Source: an uncultured candidatus Porisulfidus sp. | Lineage (GTDB): Bacteria; Pseudomonadota; Gammaproteobacteria; Poriferisulfidales; Poriferisulfidaceae | Direction of reading: 5' to 3' | DNA length: 64,000 bases | Assembly (NCBI GenBank): GCA_965199755.1 | Contig: CBDASZ010000001.1 | Span: 96,001 to 160,000 of the forward strand | Shown here: piece by piece, positions 31,837 to 44,400 of the stretch | Numbering within the stretch: the first letter of the stretch is position 1 | Layout of the letters: each line of letters begins with the position of its first letter | Translations under genes and position numbers: made by a program | The notes under the pieces: generated by a model | What the model saw: only the letters and a program-made list of their open reading frames with translations | Told to the model about the DNA's origin: nothing | The model's database searches: none

Positions 31837-32918
31837 GCGCCAGCGCCATAAGCCCGCAGGGTCTCTTCAAGCAATTCCATGTCCACTTGATCGGTCAGTT
31901 CCGCGTCTCCGATCGCGTGCATCAGCACGAACCGCTGACGCCCTCCCTGATTTTTCTTGTCATGCGACATGTGCGCCTTGAGACGATCCACCGTCAAATC
32001 CTCCGGCACGCGCACCGGCAACCCGGTCCGCTCTATCAGAGCACGCGCCCGTTCGGCCTGCTCTTGATCCAGCCAACCCTGACGCACCGACAAGTCGGCC
32101 GCCAACACCATGCCGCACGCAACCGCTTCACCATGCAGCCACTGCTGATAATTCTGCTCCGTCTCAATAGCATGGGCGAAGGTGTGCCCCAGATTCAGCA
32201 GGGCGCGCTGGCCGCTGCTCTCCAACTCGTCCGCCTCCACCACGCGCGCCTTGCACGCGCAGGAAGTCTCGATCGCCTGCGCCAGAGCCTCCGGCTCTTT
32301 CGCCAGCACCGCGTCGATATGCTCCTCAAGCCATGCAAAGAACGGAGCATCGCCCAGCAAGCCGTACTTGATCACTTCGGCGACACCCGCGCGCAATTCA
32401 CGCTCCGGCAGTGTCGCCAGCGTCACCGGATCAATCAGCACCGCCTGCGGCTGCCAAAACGCGCCGATCATGTTCTTGCCCAAAGGATGATTGACGCCGG
32501 TCTTGCCGCCCACCGACGCATCCACCTGCGCAAGCAGGGTGGTCGGGACTTGTATGTAACGGATTCCGCGCATGTAGGTCGCTGCCGCAAACCCCGTCAT
32601 GTCGCCAACCATGCCGCCGCCGACCGCAATCAGACATGCATCACGACCGAGGTTGCGCTCCAACAAATACTGATAGATCCCCTGCAAGTCCTCCAGCGTC
32701 TTGTGCGTCTCGCCATCCGGCAGCACATAGACGCCGCGACAGGTTTCTCCCAAATGCTCGGCAATGACTTGCGCGTATTCATCCTCGACGCGCGGCTGCG
32801 TCACCACCACTGCCGCATCCCCGGCAATATGCGCCCAGTGCGCCGGCTCGCGCAGCAAGCCGTCGCCTATCAGAATCGGATACGCCGTACCTTTGAGGCC
32901 CACGCGAAGTTCACGCAC
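31833..32918 (-). CDS. aroB: 3-dehydroquinate synthase
   Basis: GGGMVGD, PTTLLAQVDASVGGKT, LNLGHTFAHA, LHGEAV. Confidence 0.97.
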   Translation of the reverse strand: MRELRVGLKGTAYPILIGDGLLREPAHWAHIAGDAAVVVTQPRVEDEYAQVIAEHLGETCRGVYVLPDGETHKTLEDLQGIYQYLLERNLGRDACLIAVGGGMVGDMTGFAAATYMRGIRYIQVPTTLLAQVDASVGGKTGVNHPLGKNMIGAFWQPQAVLIDPVTLATLPERELRAGVAEVIKYGLLGDAPFFAWLEEHIDAVLAKEPEALAQAIETSCACKARVVEADELESSGQRALLNLGHTFAHAIETEQNYQQWLHGEAVACGMVLAADLSVRQGWLDQEQAERARALIERTGLPVRVPEDLTVDRLKAHMSHDKKNQGGRQRFVLMHAIGDAELTDQVDMELLEETLRAYGAGA

Positions 32919-32967
32919 AACATCTCACCAGTCAATCGGGTGCGAGAATTGTACGGCACACCCGGTT

Positions 32968-33504
32968 TCACCAGCCCCGTGAGCGGTCCAGCCACTGCAC
33001 AATGTTGTCGCAGGCCGCAGTCAGCGTCAGCTCATCCATATTCACCGTGTGATCACCCAGCTCCCGATATAGCGGGGTGCGATCGGCGGCCATGCGCTCC
33101 AACACTGCCATCGGATCATCCGTCTGCAGCAGCGGGCGCGAGTGATCTGCGCGTACGCGCAGATTGGCCAGCTGTTTCTGCGGCGAAGCCGCCATCCAGA
33201 TCACCAGGCCGCGTGCGCCGAATGCGCGGCGGTTCTCCACATCCAGCACCGCGCCGGCACCGGTGGCCAGCACCAGATTTTTGCGCTGCGTCAATTCATC
33301 AATGAGGGCGCACTCGCGCCGCCTGAAGCCTTCTTCACCTTCCAGTTCAAAGGTCTCCGCCACAGTCACGCCGGTGCGCTCGCACAACACGGTGTCGCTG
33401 TCGAGGAACTCGCGCCCGGTCGCGGATGCCAGCCGCGCGCCCAGCGTGGTCTTGCCAACTCCGGTTGGACCGATCAGAAATACGCTACTTTGCAAGCCTG
33501 CCAT
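32968..33504 (-). CDS. aroK: shikimate kinase
   Basis: GPTGVGKTT, DSD, GEEGFRRRE, RPLL. Confidence 0.94.
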   Translation of the reverse strand: MAGLQSSVFLIGPTGVGKTTLGARLASATGREFLDSDTVLCERTGVTVAETFELEGEEGFRRRECALIDELTQRKNLVLATGAGAVLDVENRRAFGARGLVIWMAASPQKQLANLRVRADHSRPLLQTDDPMAVLERMAADRTPLYRELGDHTVNMDELTLTAACDNIVQWLDRSRGW

Positions 33505-33636
33505 GGTGCAAATGAAGTTAGAAGGGTGGGAACATTAAACAAGCAATGGTTAATCTAGCCAGCGGCAGCACTATTGTTCAACCATGGGTCCAGAAGTACT
33601 GTCAGAGTAGCACCAAGGCTAGTTTATTGGGAAAAG

Positions 33637-33960
33637 TTATTTTACAAACGCACGCCCCAAATGATTTTTAACAATCTTGATTGCAGGAGTTCCTGAAAAT
33701 GTGTGTGGTTGCGTGGGAGACAGAAAGCACCCAATCCTGCAACTGGGGGTCTTCTTCAAGGCGAACTATAGCCAACCCTTGCTTTTCTAACTCTTCCCTG
33801 GAAATATGGCGGACATGACTCTGAAAGTGCTTATGGTTAGCAAACCAGTGAACACTCTTTTCGCTTTATCAATATCATCATCTTTGAACATATATTTTCG
33901 TAGCCAAGTTTTGACCAGTTCTCTGGACATTTATGGCATCCTGCAACAAAACAAGATTCC
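33637..33960 (-). pseudogene. frameshifted C-terminal remnant of an SDH-family Clp-fold serine protease
   Basis: Three joined frames read MSRELVKTWLRKYMF / WFANHKHFQSHVRHISREELEKQGLAIVRLEEDPQLQDWVLSVSHA / TPAIKIVKNHLGRAFVK*. Confidence 0.6.
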
Positions 33961-34001
33961 ATGTAGTCTAATATACTCTCGAACTTCTCACTACACCGTC
34001 C

Positions 34002-36416
34002 ATGCCCTCCCTGCCGCGCTACCTGCAACCGCTGGCCGCCCTGATTCTGCTCGGCGTGCTGGTTACGATGGGCGCGTATCTATACATCTTCCCAAGTCTG
34101 CCGACGGTCGCAGAACTGCGCGATGTGCGGCTGCAAACCCCGTTGCGAGTGCTCTCCGAAGAAGGCGAATTGCTGGCTGTATATGGCACCAAACGGCGCA
34201 TCCCACTGACCTTCGAAGAGATCCCGCCGCTCATGCAAAAGGCATTCATCGCCTCTGAGGACGCGCGCTTCTACGATCATCCAGGCGTTGACATACAAGC
34301 ATTGATCCGGGCCAGCATCGCACTGGCGCGCACCGGAAAGATCCGACAGGGCGGCAGCACCATCACCATGCAGTTGGCGCGCAACTTCTACCTCACGCGC
34401 CAACGTCATTTTGTGCGCAAACTGCGCGAAATCTTCCTCGCCCTGCGCATCGAGCAAACCCTCAATAAAGACGAAATCCTCACCCTCTACCTCAACAAGA
34501 TCTTCCTCGGACATCGCGCCTATGGAATCGGCGCGGCAGCCGAGGTGTACTACGGAACCTCCCCGCAGCAATTGACGCTGGCGCAGATCGCGACTTTGGC
34601 CGGTCTGCCAAAAGCGCCTTCCGCGATCAATCCGCTCTCCAACCCGGATGCTTCGATGGAGCGGCGCATCTATGTGCTCGATCGCATGCTGGAAGATCAC
34701 CACATCACCCCGCAGCAATACGCCGTCGCGCGCGCGGCGCGGGTCACGGCACAGCCCCGTCAGCGCATTCGCGCGGCCAATTCTTCCGCGCCGTACGCCG
34801 CCGAGATGGTGCGCGTTGAGATGGTGCAGCGCTACGGCTCGAACGCGTACACGGGCGGCTACACCGTCTACACCACTCTGCGCGAGGAATTACAACTGGC
34901 CGCCAACAAAGCCGTGCGGCAGGGTTTGATTCGCTATGACCTGCGACACGGCTGGCGCGGCGCGCAGCGGCGGCTGGACCCGCTGCCAGATGAGCGTAGC
35001 GAACTGGATCAGATACTGCGCGACACCCCGACCCGCGGCGGCTTCAGCAACGCCATCATTACCCACGCCGGCGATCTCGTGGCGCACGCCTATCTGGGCG
35101 GCGGACAATGGGCGGAATTGACTTTGGAGGAGATCCGCTGGGCGCGGCACATGCGCAGCGTGGACTTCCGCGGCCCGCCGCCGCAAACCGCCTCCCAAGT
35201 GGTGCGCGCAGGCGACATCGTGCGTCTGATTCACGAAGACGGGGTCTGGCGTCTGCGGCAGATCCCGCAAGCCGACGGCGCACTGGTCGCGCTCGATCGG
35301 GCAGATGGCGCAATTCGGGCCCTGACCGGCGGGTTCGATTTCTCCAGCAGCAAGTTCAATCGCGTCACGCAAGCGCGCCGGCAACCCGGCTCAGGATTCA
35401 AGCCGTTCGTTTATGCCGCCGCGCTGACGCGCGGCTACACGCCGGCCACGCTGATCAACGACGCGCCGGTGGTCTACCACGACCAAAGTCTTGAAGGGGT
35501 CTGGCGGCCCGCCAATTACAGCCGCCAGTTTTACGGGCCTACCCGTGTGCGCGAAGCGCTGACCTTCTCGCGCAATGTCGTGTCGGTGCGCATACTGGAC
35601 CACATTGGCACCAGTTACACGCGCAATTATGTGGAGCGCTTCGGCTTTGACGCGGATGCGCTGCCGGACAATCTGACGCTGGCGCTGGGCTCGTGCGAAG
35701 TCTCACCCATGCAGATGGTCTCCGCCTACGCCATTTTGGCCAATGGCGGCTTTAAGGTTACGCCTTATCTGATCAAGCGCATTGATGACGCAGCCGGCAA
35801 GACGGTGTATACCGCCAGCCCGCGCCGGGCCTGCGACGCGCAGTGCCGACAACAACTAGCGCAAGACTCGATGCAAGGTACTGAACTGGACACGCCGCTA
35901 CCGGCGCTTGAAGATTTCGCGCCACGCGTTTTGGATCAGCGCGTCCACTACCAGATGGTCAGCATGCTGCAGGATGTCACGCGCCGCGGCACCGCGCGCA
36001 GCACCCAGGTGCTGGAGCGCAGCGATCTGGCCGGCAAGACCGGCACCACCAACGATCAGCGCGATGCCTGGTTCATTGGCTTCGGCGGCGATACGGTGAC
36101 CGCGGCCTGGGTCGGACGCGACAACTTTGAGAAGCTCGGACAGCGCGAAGTCGGCGGGGTGGCCGCCCTGCCGATCTGGATTGATTTTATGCAGCAGGCG
36201 CTGGCGGACACGCCGCCGCAGCCTCTGGAATTGCCGCCCGGTATCGTGCGGGTGCGCATCGATCCCGACAATGGCCTGCTAGCCAAACCCGGCAGCGACA
36301 ACAGCATGGTGGAAACCTTCCGTGAAGAGCAAGTGCCCAACCGAATTTCTGATGACTCGAACGTCTTGCCGTCCGACAATCAGCTGTCAGGTGAGACTCC
36401 TGAAATGCTGTTCTGA
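34002..36416 (+). CDS. mrcA: penicillin-binding protein 1A
   Basis: EDARFYDHPG, GGSTITMQ, RQPGSGFKP, SRN, KTGT. Confidence 0.96.
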   Translation: MPSLPRYLQPLAALILLGVLVTMGAYLYIFPSLPTVAELRDVRLQTPLRVLSEEGELLAVYGTKRRIPLTFEEIPPLMQKAFIASEDARFYDHPGVDIQALIRASIALARTGKIRQGGSTITMQLARNFYLTRQRHFVRKLREIFLALRIEQTLNKDEILTLYLNKIFLGHRAYGIGAAAEVYYGTSPQQLTLAQIATLAGLPKAPSAINPLSNPDASMERRIYVLDRMLEDHHITPQQYAVARAARVTAQPRQRIRAANSSAPYAAEMVRVEMVQRYGSNAYTGGYTVYTTLREELQLAANKAVRQGLIRYDLRHGWRGAQRRLDPLPDERSELDQILRDTPTRGGFSNAIITHAGDLVAHAYLGGGQWAELTLEEIRWARHMRSVDFRGPPPQTASQVVRAGDIVRLIHEDGVWRLRQIPQADGALVALDRADGAIRALTGGFDFSSSKFNRVTQARRQPGSGFKPFVYAAALTRGYTPATLINDAPVVYHDQSLEGVWRPANYSRQFYGPTRVREALTFSRNVVSVRILDHIGTSYTRNYVERFGFDADALPDNLTLALGSCEVSPMQMVSAYAILANGGFKVTPYLIKRIDDAAGKTVYTASPRRACDAQCRQQLAQDSMQGTELDTPLPALEDFAPRVLDQRVHYQMVSMLQDVTRRGTARSTQVLERSDLAGKTGTTNDQRDAWFIGFGGDTVTAAWVGRDNFEKLGQREVGGVAALPIWIDFMQQALADTPPQPLELPPGIVRVRIDPDNGLLAKPGSDNSMVETFREEQVPNRISDDSNVLPSDNQLSGETPEMLF

Positions 36417-36470
36417 ACACCTATAAGCCTCTGGCGCATATAGCCCCCACTTAATCTTCAGGATTGAATG

Positions 36471-36944
36471 ATGAATCGTATCTCGCTACCGCGCGCAGTT
36501 GTTGCTGCCGCACTCTTTTTTGTCCCATTCGCTGACGCTGATGCCGAGGAACTTTCCGAAGCGCAACAAGCGGCCGTCGCGATGGTGGACGTCGCCGCTG
36601 CACACATCGGCAGTGACGGCATCGTCAGTTTGATCGACGCTGTCAACAATAAGGACGAACGCTATCTGGATGGCGACTTGTACATGTTTATTCTCAATGT
36701 AGGCGGCACAGTCGTAGCCAGCGCCGCGTTCCCGGACACGGTCGATCAGAACCCCAATGAGGCCACGGACCTAGACGGTAATGCGTTCCTCGGCAATCTG
36801 GTCGCAGACTCACGGAGCAACCCGGACGGCATCTGGTTCAGCTATCGCTGGAAAACCCCAGGCGGAGCCGTCGGCGAAAAAAGCAGCTGGCTTCGCTTCG
36901 TTGACGGGCACGTGCTCGGTGCCGGTGTCGTCACTCCCGACTAA
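36471..36944 (+). CDS. secreted stand-alone single Cache-domain protein, copy 1
   Basis: Signal peptide; DGDLYMF, DLDGNAF, GIWFSYRW, EKSSW, VLGAGV. Confidence 0.75.
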   Translation: MNRISLPRAVVAAALFFVPFADADAEELSEAQQAAVAMVDVAAAHIGSDGIVSLIDAVNNKDERYLDGDLYMFILNVGGTVVASAAFPDTVDQNPNEATDLDGNAFLGNLVADSRSNPDGIWFSYRWKTPGGAVGEKSSWLRFVDGHVLGAGVVTPD

Positions 36945-37021
36945 GCCACTGCGTCATAAAAATGCACCACTGTTCTATGACTAAAATACATCTCCCGCTT
37001 AAACTTTTTTTGGATTGAAAT

Positions 37022-37495
37022 ATGAATCGTATCTCGCTACCGCTCGCAGCGATCGCCGCAGCACTCCTTTTTTTTCCGTTCGCTGACGCTGATGCCGAGG
37101 AACTTTCCGAAGCGCAACAAGCAGCCGTCGCGATGGTGGACGCCGCCGCCGGACACGTCGACAGTGACGGCATCGTCAGTTTGCTCGATGCCCTCAACAA
37201 CAAGGACGAGCGCTATCTGGCTGGCGACCTATACTTGTTTGTGCTCAATGTGGGCGGCACCGTCGTGGGCAACCCTGCATTCCCGGAGAGCGTCGACAAG
37301 AACCCCGATGAGGTCAAGGATGCGGACGGCAATGCGTTCCTCTCCAACATGGTCGCGGAATCGCGGGGCAACCCGGACGGCGTCTGGTTCAAGTACCGCT
37401 GGAGCACTCCGAGCGGAACCGTAGGTGAAAAGAGTAGCTGGCTTCGCTTCGTTGACGGACACGTGCTCGGTGCTGGAGTCGTCACCCCCAACTAA
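37022..37495 (+). CDS. secreted stand-alone single Cache-domain protein, copy 2
   Basis: Close tandem paralog of 36471-36944. Confidence 0.75.
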   Translation: MNRISLPLAAIAAALLFFPFADADAEELSEAQQAAVAMVDAAAGHVDSDGIVSLLDALNNKDERYLAGDLYLFVLNVGGTVVGNPAFPESVDKNPDEVKDADGNAFLSNMVAESRGNPDGVWFKYRWSTPSGTVGEKSSWLRFVDGHVLGAGVVTPN

Positions 37496-37504
37496 GTCGG
37501 GACG

Positions 37505-40011
<2,507 letters not shown>

Positions 40012-40221
40012 TTAGCGGAAGCGCAGGCGACCTTGGCGAGAAATACGTTTGGCGTTGCGCTTGACCGCAGCGGCGGCCTTGCGCTTGCGCACTTCGGTCG
40101 GCTTCTCGTAATGTTCGCGGCGACGGGCTTCCGTCAAAACGCCCGAACGCTCACAGGCCCGCCGAAAACGGCGGACCGCGATGTCAAACGGCTCGTCTTC
40201 CTTGACTCTGATTCCGGGCAT
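40012..40221 (-). CDS. rpsU: 30S ribosomal protein S21
   Basis: [20 protein letters not shown]. Confidence 0.96.
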   Translation of the reverse strand: MPGIRVKEDEPFDIAVRRFRRACERSGVLTEARRREHYEKPTEVRKRKAAAAVKRNAKRISRQGRLRFR

Positions 40222-40276
40222 TTGGCTGCAATTTCAAGTTGCGTAAAACGGGCCATTTTATCAGAAATGCACAAAC

Positions 40277-40351
40277 TGGCGCTCCCTAGGGGAATCGAAC
40301 CCCTGTTCCCGCCTTGAGAGGGCGATGTCCTGACCGCTAGACGAAGGGAGC
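40277..40351 (-). tRNA. tRNA-Glu(CTC)
   Basis: Minus-strand cloverleaf, anticodon loop CTCTCAA, CCA end. Confidence 0.93.
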
Positions 40352-40409
40352 GTGCTGTGTTTGGCGTGCCAGTATAAAGGTTTTGCGGAAATCGCGGCTT
40401 CCCAGCGCG

Positions 40410-40752
40410 TCAAACCCCTACTTGATGCAGCGCCACTTTCACCGTGTTGGCCACCAGACAAGCCACCGTCATCGGTCCGGTGCCTCCAGGCATCGGCGTG
40501 ATGTATCCGGCCACTTCACGCACCGCGTCGAACTGCACATCCCCTTGAATCTTCCCGTCCACACGGCTTACTCCTACATCAAACACGGCGGCACCCAGTT
40601 TGACATGATCGGCGCTGATGACTCCCGGACTGCCCGTCACCGCCACCAGAATATCGTCGAACAACTGCGATTCATAGCATAGCGACACCAGCGCACAGTC
40701 CGCACGGGAGCGCTCCAGCAAGCGGTCGTAGTAACCTTGGCGTTGCCCATGC
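40410..40752 (-). pseudogene. chimeric remnant: 5-formyl-THF cyclo-ligase 3' fragment fused to a folD 3' fragment
   Basis: [33 protein letters not shown] matches 48368-48480; DILVA...[15 protein letters not shown] matches 46514-46760. Confidence 0.85.
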
Positions 40753-40818
40753 ACAGTGGTGGTGAGGTGGTTGCGGAATTTTTGCATGCGGGTCATGCAA
40801 AAGACTGTTCGCGGTCTA

Positions 40819-41446
40819 TCAAAATCGGCGGTATGTAACAACTCGCGTCTGCTGCGAACCCTTTATGGTTGCCAGATCAGGCACCGTGCGTGTGGCACAT
40901 ACAGCGAAAACCATGCCGTTCCCAGAACCAATCAATAGCGCCGGGGCATGATGCGGGCTATAGCCGCGGCCAGAACGTGCAGATCGATTACTGTTCTGGT
41001 TGCTATGGTTGCGAAGACTGTTTGATTGGATGGCGATGGGATCACGATGTGAGGATTCGTTTGGGGATGACTCGACATGCTTGTTGGGTGCCCCCCGCGC
41101 ACAAGTCGACTGTTGTCCTGGTTGCAAGGGTCCCGAAAACTGCTTTGTTGCTCGGGGAGCTCCAGAGGACCCCCCCCCCCCCCTATATCTGTAGCTGATA
41201 CCTTGTATGTCGTCATTCACAGGCGTTGCTTTCTCGGCATCACCTGAGCTATCGGATCGAGAGTATGCAGACCCGGTACCGTGTTGGTCGCGACTGTCGC
41301 GAACACCGTCCGCGAAGTTGGCATTGTAATCACTATCGCTTTCTGGAGCAGATGCGGCCTTGTCTCCCTGTGAGTCCCAGATCGGGGGCTGACCTTGTGG
41401 CAAGCAGTCCCCATCCGATTTGAGTGCTGTTTGAGACATAGACTGC
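40819..41446 (-). repeat. array of five diverged ~120-bp TRD cassettes (41333-41446, 41217-41339, 41042-41170, 40932-41051, 40819-40941)
   Basis: Each encodes hydrophobic strand - (V)F/W-x3-AT(R/N)-x3-(D/G)L - basic end, then a stop; adjacent cassettes are in shifted frames. Confidence 0.9.
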
Positions 41447-44400
41447 CCCCCCCCCCCTGTTTCATTTCCACGAGGGAATAGCGCAGCAGCCGTTTTGCCT
41501 GCGGACAAGATACGCCAATCCTCATACAGCCAGATTTTTACAAATGGCCGGTATAACACCTCCCTGATATTAGCTTCATCAAAAGTAAGCCTGATTTGTT
41601 TGCGCAACGTTTTCTTAAGGGCATCCGTCCACTTGATTGATTTGATATTTTGAGTGCTTGTCAACTCATCAAGAGCTTGCTGGTTGTCTGGTTTCTGCAA
41701 GATGTCCAGTGTTTTGTTGTATGTGTTAATGAGTGCTTGGGCCTTATTAGCACACTCTTCCCTCGACCAACTGTAGACATAAGTGTCTAAGTTTGTCTTG
41801 ATGCCAGCAACACTGCTAGTAGCGACCGAAGCACTGGCGTTAGTAAGTTTCGCTCTTGTGTTTTTCTGACACAATGGCATCAATGAATTAAATTCCGGAT
41901 TGCCAAGATTAATCCAGGCATGATCTGGAGTCACCGGTATTGTCTCGAATTGTTCGTGGTAAACGTCACCGAGATCCTCTAGCCACTTAAACTTTTGCTC
42001 TAGACTCCGGGAGTCTGGGACCATCGCAATACGCAATGTTGCCGGTTTTTTAATATCCTTCTTCGGATCGTAAACCAAGAAAGTTATCTGGACCCCATTT
42101 CGGGAAGCGCTACCAAAAACCTTATCCCCCTCAAGTTCCCATTCGCTACCACTCTTGTAAGCGTTCCCCCGCAAATTTGCAACATATATGTCCGTGAATT
42201 CGTCTCGCAGAACCTTTCTCATGCCTGCCAGCGAGGTGGCATCCGACAGAGAGTTTGGCGTAACCATTGCCAAAATTCGCGGCCCCGAGGTGACACCTTC
42301 CTGTCCCTGCTTCAGTATCCGGTCGGAGCCCCAGCGCAGTGCCTTGACATATAAGTTGCCACCTGCGTTCCCGCCGGGTGCCCGGCCAGTCAGCTGAGTG
42401 TGTTCTTGAACATAAGTCTGGTGCACCCGCTTGGCGATATCCTGATAGAGAATGTTCGATGCTTTCTCTGATGCGTCATCCTTGCCACTGGACCATGGCG
42501 GGTTCGTCACCAGAACCTCAATATCGGCATCACCTTGGCGCCGTACCCGCTTGTAGTTGTCCTCAAGGTCGTCTGAGTCCAGATTTAGTCGAGCACTTGA
42601 ACTTCCCGGATCAAGTAGAAGCGTGTCAACCAAACTTAAGGACTCGAACGGCTCGTAAGACAACTTGGAGGGGTCTGCCACGCCGGCTTCCTCAACTTGG
42701 CGCTGATGCTTCGTGGCTTCGATGTTCAGGTTTGCAATGTAGTAGGGGAGGAGGAGAAGTTCATTGCCGAAAAACTCCCGCCGGTATTTTCGTGAAAGGT
42801 CAGGCTCGCGAATAAGGTAATTGCCATCGTTATCCCGGAGATTAAGAAGCCGTGCGAGGAATGTCCCTGTGCCAGCGAAGGGTTCCAAAATACGAACATT
42901 CTTGTCAGAAATGCTTTTCCCAAATTCCTTCTGACAAATAGCCTCAATGGAATGTAGCACGAAATCCACAATTTCCACAGGCGTGTATGCAATGCCCATA
43001 GATTTCACTTGACCCGGTATTGCTTGCCGGAAAAAGCTTTCATAGATCTGGCGCAAGATGTCAAGTTTTTTCGCATCACGATCTTGGATTTTCTCCAAAT
43101 TTCGCTCACATCGCTGATCTTCATCAACCAGTTCATCGGCGTGTAAAGCAGTCCGCATCATTTGATACGGGCGCTCCAGTGGTTCGAGTTCAGCCCGGTA
43201 TTCCATTCCCTCAACCTCAAACGCATCCAGTACCTTCTGAATCGCAGCTGACACGGGATTGTCATCGGCAAAATGAGACTGCGAAAAGAACTCATCAAAG
43301 ACTGGTAGCGTGACGATGTGGTGCGCCAGCATGCTGACCGCCATAGTCCGATTGATATTCGGACTGACTGCCTTTTGGAGGTCCACCAAGAACCCATTGA
43401 AGTGCTCTTCAACGGCCGAATTATTATCAACGTGGGCATTGATTTTGGTTTCAATCTTGTCTGAGATTTCAGCCGCGTGCTTGCCCCACTGCAGATACAT
43501 GTGACGGTCGCCACATTCTTCAATTACGAGTGACCCGAATTTCTCTGCTATTGCTTGCCTAAACTTTTCTGGGTCCGCATAGATTGTGTCCTTGAGGTCG
43601 TCACGGACAGAGTCGTCCCTTTTGAGCGGCGGAAGTAATTTGAACGTTACTGGCAATGCACCAGCTTCAATTTCATAGTTTAAACGTTCGTCGTGTGAGC
43701 GCAATGCTCGAATGATTTCGTAGACAGGCTCGAAAGCACTTTTCCTCAGTGTTTTCTCAGCAGCGGCCTTCACATCCCCCCAATCCCAGCTCATCTGAAG
43801 CTGAAGCACTACTGGAATGATCACATAGCCTATCTTCTTATGTGGCGCTCGGCGCATGACCCGGCCCACTGCTTGCGTCACATCAATAGGAGACCGTCTT
43901 GTTTGGAGAAAAACAACCGCATCCAGAGAAGGAACGTCAACTCCCTCAGTGAGTACTCGGACATTTGTCAGAAGTTCGCATACATTTCCCGCAGTGTCTT
44001 TGTGAACTTGCCGCAACCTGTCAAGTTGCGCATCACGTTCAAACGCTGGTGTCTTTGCATCCAGATGATTTACCGACAGTTCCAGTAACTCTGTTTGACC
44101 GTCAGATGGCTCTTCGTCCGAGGCGGAGTACCACTTGATCACGTCGTTCCAAACTTTCTGAATTCTTTTGCTTTCTTTCACACGTGATGCAAATACCAGG
44201 GCAGAGCGGCAGGGTTCCCCATACTGGTCAAGGTTGATCCCACCAATTGGAAGTTCCGGATGTTGCCCCTTTGAGAGTGGGCTAGCTAGCGCATCCCAGC
44301 AACCAGCAAGTTTGATGATGGTTTCGGAGTCAATTTGTTCTCCACCTACATCTATCTCTCGGCCTGCGACTTCACGCTCAAAATCATCCTGTGTGCCACC

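Noticed and set aside
31818-33305. 495-aa plus-strand ORF
   Set aside because: Antisense shadow of aroB/aroK in GC-rich DNA.
33806-34001. 5' part of the 150-aa plus-strand ORF upstream of mrcA
   Set aside because: Better explained as antisense to the protease pseudogene; the rest overlaps mrcA out of frame.
40819-41446. Cassette array as a shufflon, diversity-generating retroelement or CRISPR array
   Set aside because: All cassettes have the same orientation; no invertase, reverse transcriptase or cas gene is in the window; the units are diverged coding sequences, not identical repeats with spacers.
41170-41457. Poly-G tracts as mere sequencing errors in an ordinary gene
   Set aside because: Exact lengths may be miscalled, but no single correction gives a normal ISP gene. 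The five cassettes and the displaced C-terminus remain whatever the tract lengths.
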